Positions 1 to 12,785 of a stretch of 64,000 nt of DNA are shown here, in pieces. The notes under the pieces were generated by a model that had not been told where the DNA came from, searched no databases, and saw nothing but the letters and a program-made list of their open reading frames with translations. The translations under genes and the position numbers were made by a program. The stretch comes from Eledone cirrhosa (taxonomy: Eukaryota), in assembly GCA_964016885.1 (NCBI GenBank), contig OZ024743.1, forward strand, positions 312,542,001 through 312,606,000. Direction: 5' to 3'. Positions within the stretch are counted from its first letter, which is position 1; every line of letters starts with the position of its first letter.

Positions 1-1185
1 GAGCTGTGTCTATTATTAGGTACAGTGCGGGAATTCTGAAATGGAATGTTGCTGAACAAAAAGAAATGGATAGGAAGACTAGGAAGCTATTGACTATCTA
101 CAACATGTTCCACAAGAGGAGTGATGTCGATAGACTCTACTTAAGGAGATCTGAAGGTGGAAGAGGTCTTATCAGCACAGAGCACTGTGTTCAGATGGAG
201 AAAAACAACCTGCACAAATACGTGACTGATAGTAAGGAGCCAATGCTCTAAATTGTACTGAAGGAGAAGACAATAGACCAGGGTATGTCCAAGGAGGAAA
301 TAACATCAAGGAAGAAGAGCAACCTTCATGAAAAATCCCTTCATAGTACCTTCTTTAAGAAAACTGAATTTAGAGATCCACAGACATGGAACTGGTTAAA
401 AAGAGGAGACCTTAAAAAGGCTACAGAAGGAATGCTAATGGCTGCGCAAGAGCAGGCCCTCCAAACGAAGTGGCTGAAACACCATATTTACAAGGAGGAG
501 GCTAGCCCACTGTGTAGGATCTGTGGAGAGAGAGAGGAGACTGTGGCTCACATTGTATCCGAGTGTAAACACCTAACCCAGACTCTCTATAAAGGCTGGA
601 GACATGATGTGATGGGCAGGGTGATCCACTGGCACCTATGCAAAGTAAACAATTTACCACATTCTGAGAAGTGGTATGAGCATAAGCCAGAGTCGGTGAT
701 AGAAAACGATCAGGTGAAGGTGCTGTGGGATTTTAGGATACAGACGGACAAGAAACTGGAACACAATAGGACTGACCTGGTGGTTTGGGACAAGGAAAAA
801 AGATCGTGCCTGATTGTAGATGTAGCCTGCCCATTCGACACGAGAGTGCAAGAAAAGGAGAGGGAGAAAATTAACCGATACCAGGACTTGAAGTGGGAGG
901 TAAAAAGGATTTGGAACTGCCATGAGGTCAAAGTGGTCCCGATTGTCATAGGCGCACTAGGTACTATCTCAAAGTTTCCAAGGATGGTTAAAGAAAATTA
1001 GTCCAGCCCCGCTTTTTGGAACACTTCAAAAGCCATGCTTGCTGGGAACAGCAAGAACCCTCCGATACGTCCTGAATATCTGAGGCTGCAGGTAGTGGCT
1101 TGATATTCATTTTAACAAACTTTCCAGTTAAATAACATCGATGACTGTGACTCAAAGAACAATAATAATAATAATGATAATAATA
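1..1185 (+). mobile_element. 3' part of Dong/R4-like (RLE-type) non-LTR retrotransposon, decayed
   Basis: ORFs 6-251 and 285-1001: post-RT motif (DVDRLYLRRSEGGRGL), CCHC knuckle (CRICGEREETVAHIVSEC), RHD, and restriction-like endonuclease motifs (TDLVV...IVDVACPFD...EKINRY...PIVIGALG); stop/frameshift; ends in (AAT)n at ~1161-1183. Confidence 0.9.
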
Positions 1186-1220
1186 TATATATATGTATAT
1201 ATATATATATTATATATAGA

Positions 1221-2429
1221 CTAGCTGACGTACCCAGCTTCGCCCGGGTAAACAGATGATAAGAGATAAGAGAAGACAGGTAAAAGAGAAAATGACTGTA
1301 TTGGATGTTTGTCTGGTTACAGTATGAGGCGAGTCCGATGTGTCTGTGTGATACAAAAAACAGTAAAGAAATCTTCCAGATATACCAGATTCTTCGTTGT
1401 ACCGTTTGTGCATAGTATATGAACAATTCTAGGTGCTCCCACCTAGAATAGTGACCTCTAGGAGATGGTTCATCTTCTGCCTGACTGTAAAAGGTGTATC
1501 CTTGCATAGACGTGGTTGTTCCACGTTTCTCAAAAGGATGATGAAAGTTCCAATATTTTATATTATATGTAGATATATATATATAGATAATTAATATAAA
1601 AGATGATGCTCAGCCAGTTCGTCTTCAACCATCGCAGCACGCCGTCGCGGCTTGGCTCCAGTGTTTCGTTGGCGTTGTTCAGCCAGCTCCTCTTCATTCA
1701 TGGCGACACGTCTTCGCTTCTGAAGTTCGGCGTTCCGATGGCGCTGTTCGGCCCGTTTTTCTTCATTCCTGGTGGCACGCCGTCGTCGCTGTAGTTCACT
1801 GTTTGATAAAATCGAATTGCTTTTATTATCAGTATTCATTTCGAGCAATTGTCAAAAAATGACACAATAATAAATATAAAAGATGTCCATCAAAGTAAAA
1901 AAGGTTCCTATTTACTCCCTTCACAACTCTGTGTATGTTAGACTGACAGACAGGCACACAGACAGATAAACTGCGTGGCGATTGTGGAACGCCCCACGTA
2001 CACACACATCCACGCATGGAAACGCGCACACGCACGCAAACTTACACACGCACGCAAACTTACACATGCACCAAACTTACACACACGCACACACTCACAC
2101 ATGTTGATAGTTTTTACTTTCTGTGGAACGCTACACGCACGCATACACACACATAAACATACGCGCACGTACATACACACGCACACATGTTAACAGTTAT
2201 TGCTTTCCTTCCCCTCTTATTTCCACACACATCACACACACGCATGTCTCTACACTGACACATATACATAGTGTTCACTTTGCCTCTCTCTCCCCTCTCA
2301 CTCCCTCATTGGCATTATGCATATTAATTTAAGTTTGGTGTCGTTGAGGTGGGCGGAGTCGTTTGAAACCTATGAACCAATGATAATCGAAATATTATGA
2401 CACACGGAATACTGACATTGTTGAAATTA

Positions 2430-2430
<1 letters not shown>
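1221..2430 (-). mobile_element. Internally deleted non-autonomous Helitron
   Basis: CTAG at 1221-1224 next to a GC hairpin (cccagcttcgcccggg); 1350-1560 homologous to the helicase C-terminal fragment at 10880-11300; 1591-1848 encodes E/R-rich repeats typical of Rep/Hel N-termini; TA-repeat flanks. Confidence 0.7.
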
Positions 2431-2506
<76 letters not shown>

Positions 2507-2534
2507 TGAGAAAATTTGCTCCAAAAAATTGCAT

Positions 2535-2623
2535 GTGTCCGAAGGAACCTGCAGCCGTAGAATCAGCCAGATCCATATAGTGTTCATGTCTCGAGCTACC
2601 TGCCGGCGAAACAATTGTAACAC
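2535..2623 (+). ncRNA. Hammerhead-like ribozyme with variant core
   Basis: gtgt-CCGAAGGA-long stem II-GAAA-caattg-TA-acac; stem I gtgt/acac, palindromic stem III; core deviates from CUGANGA; AATAAA follows; island between (TA)n tracts. Confidence 0.5.
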
Positions 2624-2753
2624 GCAATAAACTGTCCAGATGCATCACTGATTTTTCGTTTTTTTATACTATTCACACTCTGCTCTGTAAGAATATTGAG
2701 TGCTAATTTTGGCATACCGCCTATGGAAGCACCATAGCTACCATTATACACAC

Positions 2754-2791
<38 letters not shown>

Positions 2792-3095
2792 TTATCCTTA
2801 TATCAGTGGCAAAGGGTACCCTGGAAAGCTGGGCATGCAGTCCAATCGCTATGGCGGAAAGTGGGGCTTCTCAGCCTTACCCCCCCCCCCATTCCCTCCA
2901 AATGATGCTCCCGGTCAAAGCCGCATGTAGTGTTAACTAGTGTGTGTGTGTTACCTTTTTATGTGTCTACGATTTAGTAAGCAGCCAAAATTCTGCTTGC
3001 TTCAACCAACGCAATTGATCAGCTCAAGATTCTATAACGCATGCACGCACCCTTCACCCCTGCCTTATGCCTTATATATATATAAGAGAATTGAG

Positions 3096-3516
<421 letters not shown>

Positions 3517-3855
3517 GGCTTAGTGGTTAGAGCATTGGCGTTGCAATCGAAAGGTTGTGGGTTCAATTCTCAGACCGGGTGATGTGTTGTTTCCTTGAGC
3601 AAGATACTTTATTTCACATTGCTCCAGTTTACTCAGCTGTAGAAATGAGATGATAGGGACCGGGGTCCCTATCATTCCACTGCAAAGTGGTCGTGGAGGT
3701 GCCACGAAAAAAAAAGCACCCAGCACACACTGTAAATGAGGTTGGTGTTAGGAAGGGCATCCAGCTGTAGAAATCAAGCCAGAATCAGTTCCCGTCCCAC
3801 CCTTGCAAGTAGGGAAAAAGCGGACGTAAAATGAAATGATGATGATGATGATGAT
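3517..3855 (+). mobile_element. tRNA-derived SINE with RTE-type 3' tail
   Basis: A/B-box-like head (ggcttagtggtt...ggttcaattc), internal palindrome, tail shared with RTE 3' UTR at 34190-34354, (GAT)n end; highly similar inverted copy at 50420-50766. Confidence 0.85.
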
Positions 3856-4601
3856 ATATATCATTATCCTCATATATATATATACAGAAGACCTGAATTC
3901 CCATGAGCACAGGCCGTAACTGAAGCATATATATAGCATGCACCACTCCACCCACTCCCATACATCCGCCATGAGGTCAAGCTGAAGTATACATCCAGTG
4001 AAGCCTACAGCCCACACTGTAAAGTGCTCGTGTAGGTGTCCTAACAAAAAGCACCCACCCAGTCCACACTGTAGAGTGGTCATGTAGGCGTCACAACAAA
4101 AAGCACCCAGTAGTAACTGTAAATGAGGTTGGCACTAGGAAGGGCATCCAGCTGTAGAAACCAAGCCAAAATCAGTTCTGCATGAGCAAGACATGGTCAC
4201 CTGACCTGGCATTGCTCACAACAGGATAACTCATCTAACCCATGCCACCATGGACAAATGGATGTTAAATGATGATGATGATGGTGTTATATAATATAAC
4301 CCACACCAAAACACACTCTACCATGCTAGACCACTCTTGATATTAACTTTACCTCTTCAGTGCTATGCAAAAGTCTGAGAGATAGGCTATGTATATGTTT
4401 GATTAATTTTTTAAAATATTTGCATGAAAGAGAAAAAGAAGGGGAAAAAGAAGACCATGACATGGTACTTTTTAACCTGAGATTCCACCAGCCAAAAGTT
4501 TAACCTGATGACCTCTTTCCAGTCCACTCATGTGATAACATAGATCTTCATAATGCAAACTGATCTTTCACACACACACACACTGCCACCAACATCAAAA
4601 T

Positions 4602-5075
4602 ATGCATGATGCCCTTCATCAACAACCAACGGACTGGGCAATTGACAAAATTAAACTCAAACCCAAAATGTTCTTTTCATTTGCCAAAAATCACAAGGCC
4701 ACTGTCACAACTGTTGGGCTTCTGACTGATGAGATTGAAGACAATGTTAAAACCATGGGTGAGATACTGCAGAAAAAATACTGCTCTGTTTTCAATAATC
4801 CTGATATGGCTGATCTGGGCTCTATCAGTGATATTAACCCCCTACACACCATATCTGACACAACATTTGGAGCCCCTGGCATCTTAGCAACAATAAACAG
4901 AATTAAACACAACTCAACAGTAGACTCCGATAGGTTCCTTGCTATTGTCTTGAAGGTGTGTCGACACCAGCTTGCATCCCCTCTACCTAATTTCTGGAGG
5001 AACTCATTGGGTGTAGCCTATTTCCCTAAAGATTTTGTATCCCAGTTTATCATCCCAGCTTTCAAAAAGTTATGA
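4602..5075 (+). pseudogene. CR1/Jockey-group LINE ORF2 fragment (tether region before RT)
   Basis: KLKPKMFFSFAKN...YCSVF...DRFLAIVLK...LASPL...IIPAFKK resembles the pre-RT region of CR1-like ORF2. Confidence 0.7.
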
Positions 5076-5362
5076 GTGTCTGTATAACCAGCACCACTGG
5101 ATGATGATGGAAATGGCAGATTTGGAACTGCAAGTTAAATTAGCTAGAATGCCATAATTAGAAGTCACTATCACTAAAGATATGATATTTTTTGGCTAAA
5201 ATCCCATATACATAATCACGGCCATAGAAAACCTATCTCTGTGCTGGGCCACTATCCTGATGTTAAATACAGGAAAGGGCTATATTGTCAATGATAGAAT
5301 TGAGTATTTCAGGGGTATATTTAAAGGAGACAGTCTCCCTGTGATGCTATTTATACTGTTAG

Positions 5363-5559
5363 TAATAATTGTTTCTACAATAGGCACAAGGCCAGCAATT
5401 ATCCCAGTGTATTACTGGTACTTTATTTTATCGACCCCCGTTAGGATGAAAGGCAAAGTTAACCTCGACGGGATTTGAACTCAGAATGGCAAGGGCCGTA
5501 ACTCAATGCGTCAAAGCATGGCGTCCGATCCTCTACCGATACTGCCAATTCACCGCCCT
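5363..5559 (-). mobile_element. tRNA-derived SINE with Meta-domain-like core, inserted into a Dong/R4 RT fragment
   Basis: Matches the copy at 18759-18947; interrupts GIFKGDSLPVMLFIL...NTLSFML RT frame (5270-5680). Confidence 0.85.
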
Positions 5560-6599
5560 TTTTACTGTTAGTATTATTACTGTTAGTAATAATACCTTGT
5601 CTTTTATGCTGAGGATATATGAAAGGAATGTAATTGGTGCACAGCAGGCCAGAAACATAAACCTAACACATAACTTCTTAACACCAAGAATATATATAGT
5701 ATGAAGAAAAACCATGACTTAATTTTCTCTAAATATATATAGATGGAGTTTTGACAGGATAAATGTTCCTCGCCCCTGATAGTAGTGAGTAGAGCTGTAG
5801 TCTGGGGCCCAGAATGTCAGATGTATCCACTGTTACAGGTTTGACCACAAACCTATTGGAGAACAGATAGTGGCACCAGCACTATATATATAGTGTTGGT
5901 GCTACAATAATACACCAAGTCCACCTTGTAAGGTGGTTGACATTACGAAAGGCATCCAGCCATAGAAAACGAGTCCCAAAATAGATTGTATGAACAAGAC
6001 ATGGTCACTTTACCTAATCGACACTATATTGAAGGTAGCTGCTAACGATTGAAAGTTGGGTTATTAATTAATCAATTCCTTTTTAATTATGAGTTTTTTT
6101 ATTTGTTTCAAAGCTGTCTCTTCTATATTGAAAACAACTTATTAAATGTAGAGTTCAAAGTATTTATTATGATCAAATATAAGCACACAAAACAAAACAG
6201 ACATACGTACACACATCTGTATACTGTAAACATACACACATATTTATACAAAATACACACACGCACACACACATATAAATATGACATATAACCTATTACA
6301 ATTGACATCAAACCTCCCTCAAACCACACAGTTTTGTAAAATTATGGAAACACCAGTGAAATAATTTTTTCTAGTAGTAGGAAAGAAATCTCCCTGAAAC
6401 CATAGAAACATTTAATGTATCAGAAAATGAGAAGAATAGCATACAAATGAACCATTAATCACATATTCTAGTCTTCTTCAAATCTACTTTAAATTTATAT
6501 ATTAACTAGTGGCTCTACCTGGAGTGACTCTCTGATCTCCAAGCTATGCACTTTATCGAGTAACATTACTCCAAAGAACCCCATTTTGGCCGCTTGAAT

Positions 6600-6890
6600 T
6601 CACAATCGTATTCTTTCAGTCATTACCTTAGATTCATAACCATAGGTAAGGGTTGGCACTAATACCAAATTGAAGATAATGAATTTGGCATTTACACCTA
6701 CCTCTCTTCTGATTACCGAATGCTGAAGCTGGTGTATTACTGCACCAGCTCCTCCAATTCTTGCACTTAATTCAGCTTCCTGCCTTCCATCACTCATGAA
6801 CATGCCCCCAAGATACTTGAACTTCTCCACCTGCTTCAGTGGAACTCCATTCACATGTAGAGTGCACTGAGCAGGCTTCCTTGAGATAAT
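6600..6890 (-). pseudogene. RTE LINE fragment (post-RT)
   Basis: NGVPLKQVEKFKYLG...ELSARIG...VPTLTYGYES. Confidence 0.8.
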
Positions 6891-7645
6891 ATGTGTTTAT
6901 ATATATATACACTCATGTATTCATTACACTATAATGTATATTTATACACACAAATGCACATGTTTTACTTTCCAATCACAGGGTCCTGGGTTCTAATCCT
7001 ACATTTGTCCCTGTAAAAGTTATTTCTCCGAAGTTATTCATACATTTATCCCTGTATGTCATCTGTCCATACATGCTGAACATTTATGAAATTATATTCC
7101 AGAAATATATTATTAAAATATCATTTTCACTTTTAATCATTTCTATGTGTCAGTAAACAACATAAACTATGGGGTTTCTTTTATGTAAATAACTAATTTA
7201 TGAAAATATGGATTTCTAAATTTGGAGATGATTCTGCTTGTCTCCAGTAATGCTGGTAAATTCTACATATCAAACCTAATCTCTAAAAATTAAATACATT
7301 CAATACTTTTGATGGCACTGTTGCTCTTGTCACTGAAATAAAATTGCAGGTGTGCAAAATCAGATCAATTTTACAGTGAAGGAGAAGTAAATCTGTAAGC
7401 ATACAGAATGACACCAAGTCTAAACTTGGACGCTCTACCAGGTAGAAATATCTCGAACAAATTAAATAAATTAATAAAACACGACTATGAAACATCAATG
7501 TGTTCGTCATCGTTACATTCACAATTTTATAATAAAACATTGATAATGAAATGAAAAATAACTAAGTAAAGATGAAATTAAACTCTAGACTTCGTGAAAT
7601 GTATGATTTGAAGGAAATTCGGCTGTTGTATCTATGTGTTTATAT

Positions 7646-8705
7646 ACCAGATAGAAAAATGCGTACAGCAAAAAAAAGTAATATTGTTGGAATATAAACC
7701 TTTAAAAATACAGGACAAGAAACTAAAATAAAACTTTAAAAGAATAGGACAAGAAACTAAGATAAAACTTTAAAAGAATAGGACAAGAAACTAAGATAAC
7801 ACTTTAAAGAATTGGACAAGAAATAAAAAATTTTACAATAATATTAGTGGCAAAATTTTTATTGGTAAAAAATCGAGTTCCACATTCATAGGCTCTGGGT
7901 TCCACATTCAGAGGTCGTCGTCAGACTGGGGGGATCATTTGATCCTGGTTTTAACACCAATTGGGCCATAACCATACCCCTATTTCATCATTCGGCGACA
8001 CGCCTCATGTGTCATGCATAATGTGAATGGACCCATGGCCCCATGAGCACAGATCTTGAGCTGCAGCGGACGGTCTTGTCGACCCGCTCATCCTTGATCT
8101 TGACCAACCCGTCCATCTTCTCCTTGCATCTTGTCCTTGAGTTCAAGTCCGGCAGTCCAGATGAATGCGTGCCACAGCTTTCTGGTAAGAAAGGGGGAGC
8201 AGGAGGACTGGAGGGATGATGGGACAGAGGGATGGAGGACCGGTGGTTGAGGGAGGTGCCGTAGTCGGTGGTCAGAGTCGACATCTTGTCCCGGTCGTCT
8301 TCTCCATCTTCGTCTGGTGTTGCGGGACCAGAAGTGCATTCTTGGAGGAGACCTGCAGCTGCATCGGCCAATTCTTCTTGCAATGGTCATTCTGACGGAG
8401 CAGAACTGATCAGCCAACCAACCCCAACCAGAACCAACCGCTCAGGGGCAACGCACAATGAGAGCATGACAATTATTATGCACTAATCAAGAAGATACTG
8501 GGGCATAGCACAGGAAACGAATAAAAAAATTTTGCCACTAATATTATTGTAAAATTTTTTATTTCTTGTCCAATTCTTTAAAGTTTTATCTTAGTTTCTT
8601 GTCCTATTCTTTTAAAGTTTTATTTTAGTTTCTTGTCCTGTATTTTTAAAGGTTTATATTCCAACAATATTACTTTTTTTTGCTGTACGCATTTTTCTAT
8701 CTGGT
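7646..8705. mobile_element. Foldback/TIR element with long inverted arms and a GC-rich insert
   Basis: Arms 7646-7862 and 8521-8705 are near-identical reverse complements with 4 vs 3 copies of a 34 bp subrepeat; ~650 bp GC-rich interior. Confidence 0.85.
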
Positions 8706-9127
8706 CTACTATTTTTTAAGGCAATGCAAGCAACAACTATCTAATAATTAAATGATCATAGTGAATTACTGACAAGTGATTGACATTTTAAAGTTCTTTT
8801 GAGTATAATTGCAATCTAGTTGAGGCAACTGGCTTAATGACAAAGCTACGTCATTTCTGGATTACCTCCCCTAGCGTCATGCTTACTACTCACTCACTTG
8901 AACATAAGATTTATCAGCAAACTTTGATTATAAACTTTTTCCCGCTGGACCAAATTTCTAGATTTTTAAGCCAAAAGATGCGTAATGATCTACTGTTCAT
9001 GCTCATATAAGTTTTATCTCAGTTAAATAAAGTAGAGCCGCGCTGTACTGTCGTAAACAAACGATTTCCAACGAAAACACGACCACAACAATATTACTAA
9101 ACGGACTACCGTCCGTTTAGGATATAT

Positions 9128-9425
9128 ATCTTAGTCTTAGATTCTTCCGCGGCGTTCGGCACATCGAGCAGTAAGTACTCGCCAACGGTCACGATCAGCG
9201 GGAACTTTTACGAGACTGTGCCAGGTGATGTTGGCTGCCATCAGGTCCTTCCGGAACGTTCTTCGCCAGGTGATCCTTGGGCAACCCCGCCTCCGTTTAC
9301 CGCCAGGCGGAGTCCAGTTCATCGCTGTTTTCGAATGCCGTTCATTTGGCAGACGCAGAATATGGCCAGCCAGACGGCACTGACGCTCCGTGACCACTCT
9401 CTGTAGCGTCCACGACTCGGCTCTC
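9128..9425 (-). pseudogene. RTE LINE 3' end
   Basis: RLAGHILRLPNERHSKTAMNWTPPGGKRRRGCPRITWRRT...DRDRWR; short (ctaaga) tail. Confidence 0.85.
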
Positions 9426-9956
9426 CGTGCGTGTGTGTGTATGTGTGTGTGCATAGAAAAGTTTAGAACTCTGTTCACCGTTTTTTGCCGTAGTTTTTTC
9501 AACATCCTTCTCCTTCCTTTTAACTCATTTATCTCATGGTCTGACACACGGACGGATACTAAGCGACAATTATTATACAAGATTTCCAGACCTGTAATCT
9601 ATACACTTTAAAAAATATCTCTATAAAATTTCAATTAAAAATATGATTTATCGTGAAAATTATCAACAAAATTATTAATGTCACCAAGTTTAGAAAACTA
9701 AATCATGGTCAAAGGGAGGTAAATATGAAACTTTCGACACTACTTGTGGTCATGTAAATGGTTAACAAAAATGCTAGAAACGGCAGCCGAACATTGACAT
9801 TTATATAAAACACACACACAGACACATAAAAGTGTGTATGTGTGTGTGTGTTTATATCTTCTCTAGCAAAGGTCGTCTGCTTTCAATCAATTTTGTTAAC
9901 TTTGATAGCGGCGTATTTCATTGATCTCTTTAAAGAAAATATAAACTCTATGTTAC

Positions 9957-10043
<87 letters not shown>

Positions 10044-10765
10044 GAACACACACATATATAAATATGACATAAAATCTGTTACAAATAACATCAAATCTCC
10101 CTTAAACCATACAGTTTTGTAAAATTATGGGAACACCAGTGAAAATATTTTTTCTGGTGACTTAGGCAATGCTTGAAGTAGCAACGAAATCTCCTTCAAA
10201 CCATAGATACATTTAATGTGTCAGAAAAGGAGAGGAATGGCATAGAAATATACCGTTAATCACATATACTAATCTTGGTCAAATCTACTTTAAATTTACA
10301 TATTACTTTACAGCCCTCCAATCTTTAATAAGTATCTCTATAAAATTGCAGTAAAAAACATGAATTATTATGAAAATTATGAACAAAATAAATGATATTA
10401 CTCTTCTAGAAAACTCAGGTAAAAATCACGGTAAAAGGGAGGTGAATATGAAACTTTCGACTGCTTGTGGACATGTAAATAGTTAACAAAAATGTTAGAA
10501 ACAGCAGCTGAACATTGAAATTTATATAAAAGAAAATGCTAGACAAAACAGCCAAATCTCCTTCGGTTCATACATCGTATTATATTTTAGAATGAAGAGA
10601 GAGAACTCCAATCGTTTTTTTATTTATTTTGATGATGAACCAAGAAAAATATATTTCAATATACCGCCGAGGTTAACTTTGCTTTTCATCCTTACGGGGT
10701 CGATAAAATAAAGTACCAGTAATGTACCTGGTAACTGCTGGCCTTGTGCCAAAATTAGAAACAGT

Positions 10766-10841
<76 letters not shown>

Positions 10842-10844
10842 GTG

Positions 10845-11300
10845 GTGTGTGTGTGTGAGACAAAAAGAAAATGAACAGTAAAATATCTTCCAGATACACC
10901 AGATTCTTCGTTTTACCGTTCGTGCGTAGTATACGAAGATTTCTAGGTGTTCCCACTCGTGAACAACCAACCTATAACTGTCTATGGGTAGAAAGTGATT
11001 CCCTTGTATGCAATTCTACAACTTTGAAACTCTGAACCTGAGCTTAATGTACGTCCATAGCAAAACTGGCTCTAACAGGGAACTGAAATCTTGAGAATTT
11101 AAAAGGCAGCTCGGTAGAGAAAGGGATAAGAGGAATCTTGGGAATAAGTACAATTTCTTCTTGATTGCTTCCAAGAATAGTGGCCACTAGGAGGTGGTTC
11201 ATCATCCTCCTGTCTGTGAAGTGTGTGCCATTGCATAGAAGTAGCGGGTCCACGTTTTTCAAAAGGATCATGGAAGTTCCAATATTTTATATTATATGTA
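10845..11300 (-). pseudogene. Helitron Pif1-like helicase C-terminal fragment
   Basis: LKNVDP..LCNGT...VLIPKIPL...LPFKFSRFQFPVRASFAM; continues ...SRVGTPRNL...GKTKNLVY. Confidence 0.85.
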
Positions 11301-11905
11301 GATAAATAATTATAAGAAACAAAGAAAATTTCAATGATACGAAAGATTTCCTGGTGGAAATTCATGTGTACTCCGGGTTGGTATCCAGTTTCGGAGTGAA
11401 AATCCAATTAGAAAATCCAACGAATAGATATAGATAATTCTATATAAATGTGTGTGAGTGTGTGCGCCCGCGCGCGTGTATGTGCGTATGAGTGGTGTGT
11501 GTGTGTGTGCGTGTGAGTGTGTGTTAACCAGCGTTCGAATCGGAGACGCTGGTCGCGAAACACGATCATTGACAACTCACGCGCAGAGAGAATCCCTTAT
11601 GGTTGATTCCTAACTTGATAGAAATAGCAGCCAGCTCGGTTAGCATGCCTGGGATGTTTTTCTTCTTTGATGTTATAAAATTAGAAAATGAAAATTACAT
11701 GTTGACATTCTCAGGGTTAATACGATTTACCTTTTAAAATTTGATTTGAATCGGTTGAGCCGTTTGGTATTGCATAAGGAAAAGACAGACCGAAGGACAA
11801 AGAATTTTATATATACTAGTAGAAGAAACGCCTTCATGGTGGTTTTCTGGTGGTGATGGTGTGGTGGTGGTGGTGGTTGTAGTTGTGGGTGATATGTCTC
11901 TAACT

Positions 11906-12246
11906 CAGAGGTTCTCAAAGTCGGCGCTACCGCACCCCGGGGGGCATTGAAAAGGATGAGGGAGGGGAGCATAAGGGGAGAATGGGTGGTGGTAGAGATG
12001 ATATAATAGTATATTAAATAGCAAATGATACATATATATATAAATATAGTTAAATAAAAAAATATATATTTATTTATACATATTATATATTATATTATTT
12101 ATTATATATCAATTAACGATTTTATTTAATATATATTGTTTACAATTTGCGTGTAGGCAGGTCTTTCTGGAAATAGGGGTGGGTGCACTGGGGGTATTAC
12201 ATGGCCGTGAGGGGGGGGGGGGGGGGCAACCGTTTGAGAACCTCTG
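11906..12246. mobile_element. hAT (Charlie-like) MITE
   Basis: 14 bp TIRs CAGAGGTTCTCAAA / TTTGAGAACCTCTG; degenerate 8 bp flanks with central TA. Confidence 0.8.
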
Positions 12247-12489
12247 CGTTAAATGAATAAATAGAAGTTACTTTATTCAGCACAGTTGTTTCCCTTGGTT
12301 ACTTGCCATAGCATTAATGCAGTATATATGAATAGATGCAAGTAAACATACATTTAGCCCATCTGTGAGTATCTTAAGTTGTGTTCATGTCAATATTAGC
12401 AATTGATGTATAATCATTTCTAAAAAAAAAAAAGTTGAATTGAACTTTTTATTTCGTGAATACCATAAATAAAACAAATCTTGTAATGT

Positions 12490-12785
12490 GTTTTAGCGTA
12501 GTCTGTTCTTGGACATCCACCGGTTCTAATGATGAGTGTTCCACTTGTTTGGCTTATAGAACAGCCTTCTCGTGAAATGAACGTGCAAGCGTTTGAACAT
12601 TCGACAGGAAGGCGTACTTACTATGTAAATTCTCAGGAACATTCACCGTGATTGAGTGTGTCTGTTCTTTTCAATTCTGGGTAAAACTAATTTTTATCAG
12701 CTGAGTGGACTGGAGCAACCTGAACACGATACGCCGCTAGGTATCGAACTCACAAACATCTTAACCACTAAGTCACGCGCCTTTG
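12490..12785 (-). mobile_element. Decayed tRNA-derived SINE (second body type)
   Basis: Right end is the reverse complement of the same tRNA-like head seen at 3517 and 47080. Confidence 0.6.

Noticed and set aside
3517-3580. Functional tRNA genes here and at ~47080, 56185 and 18760
   Set aside because: tRNA-like heads run into SINE bodies and lack a proper acceptor stem
6175-10530. Repeated blocks (6175-6505 / 10030-10310; 9605-9810 / 10335-10530)
   Set aside because: Diverged copies of a common interspersed repeat or an old local duplication; no special structure
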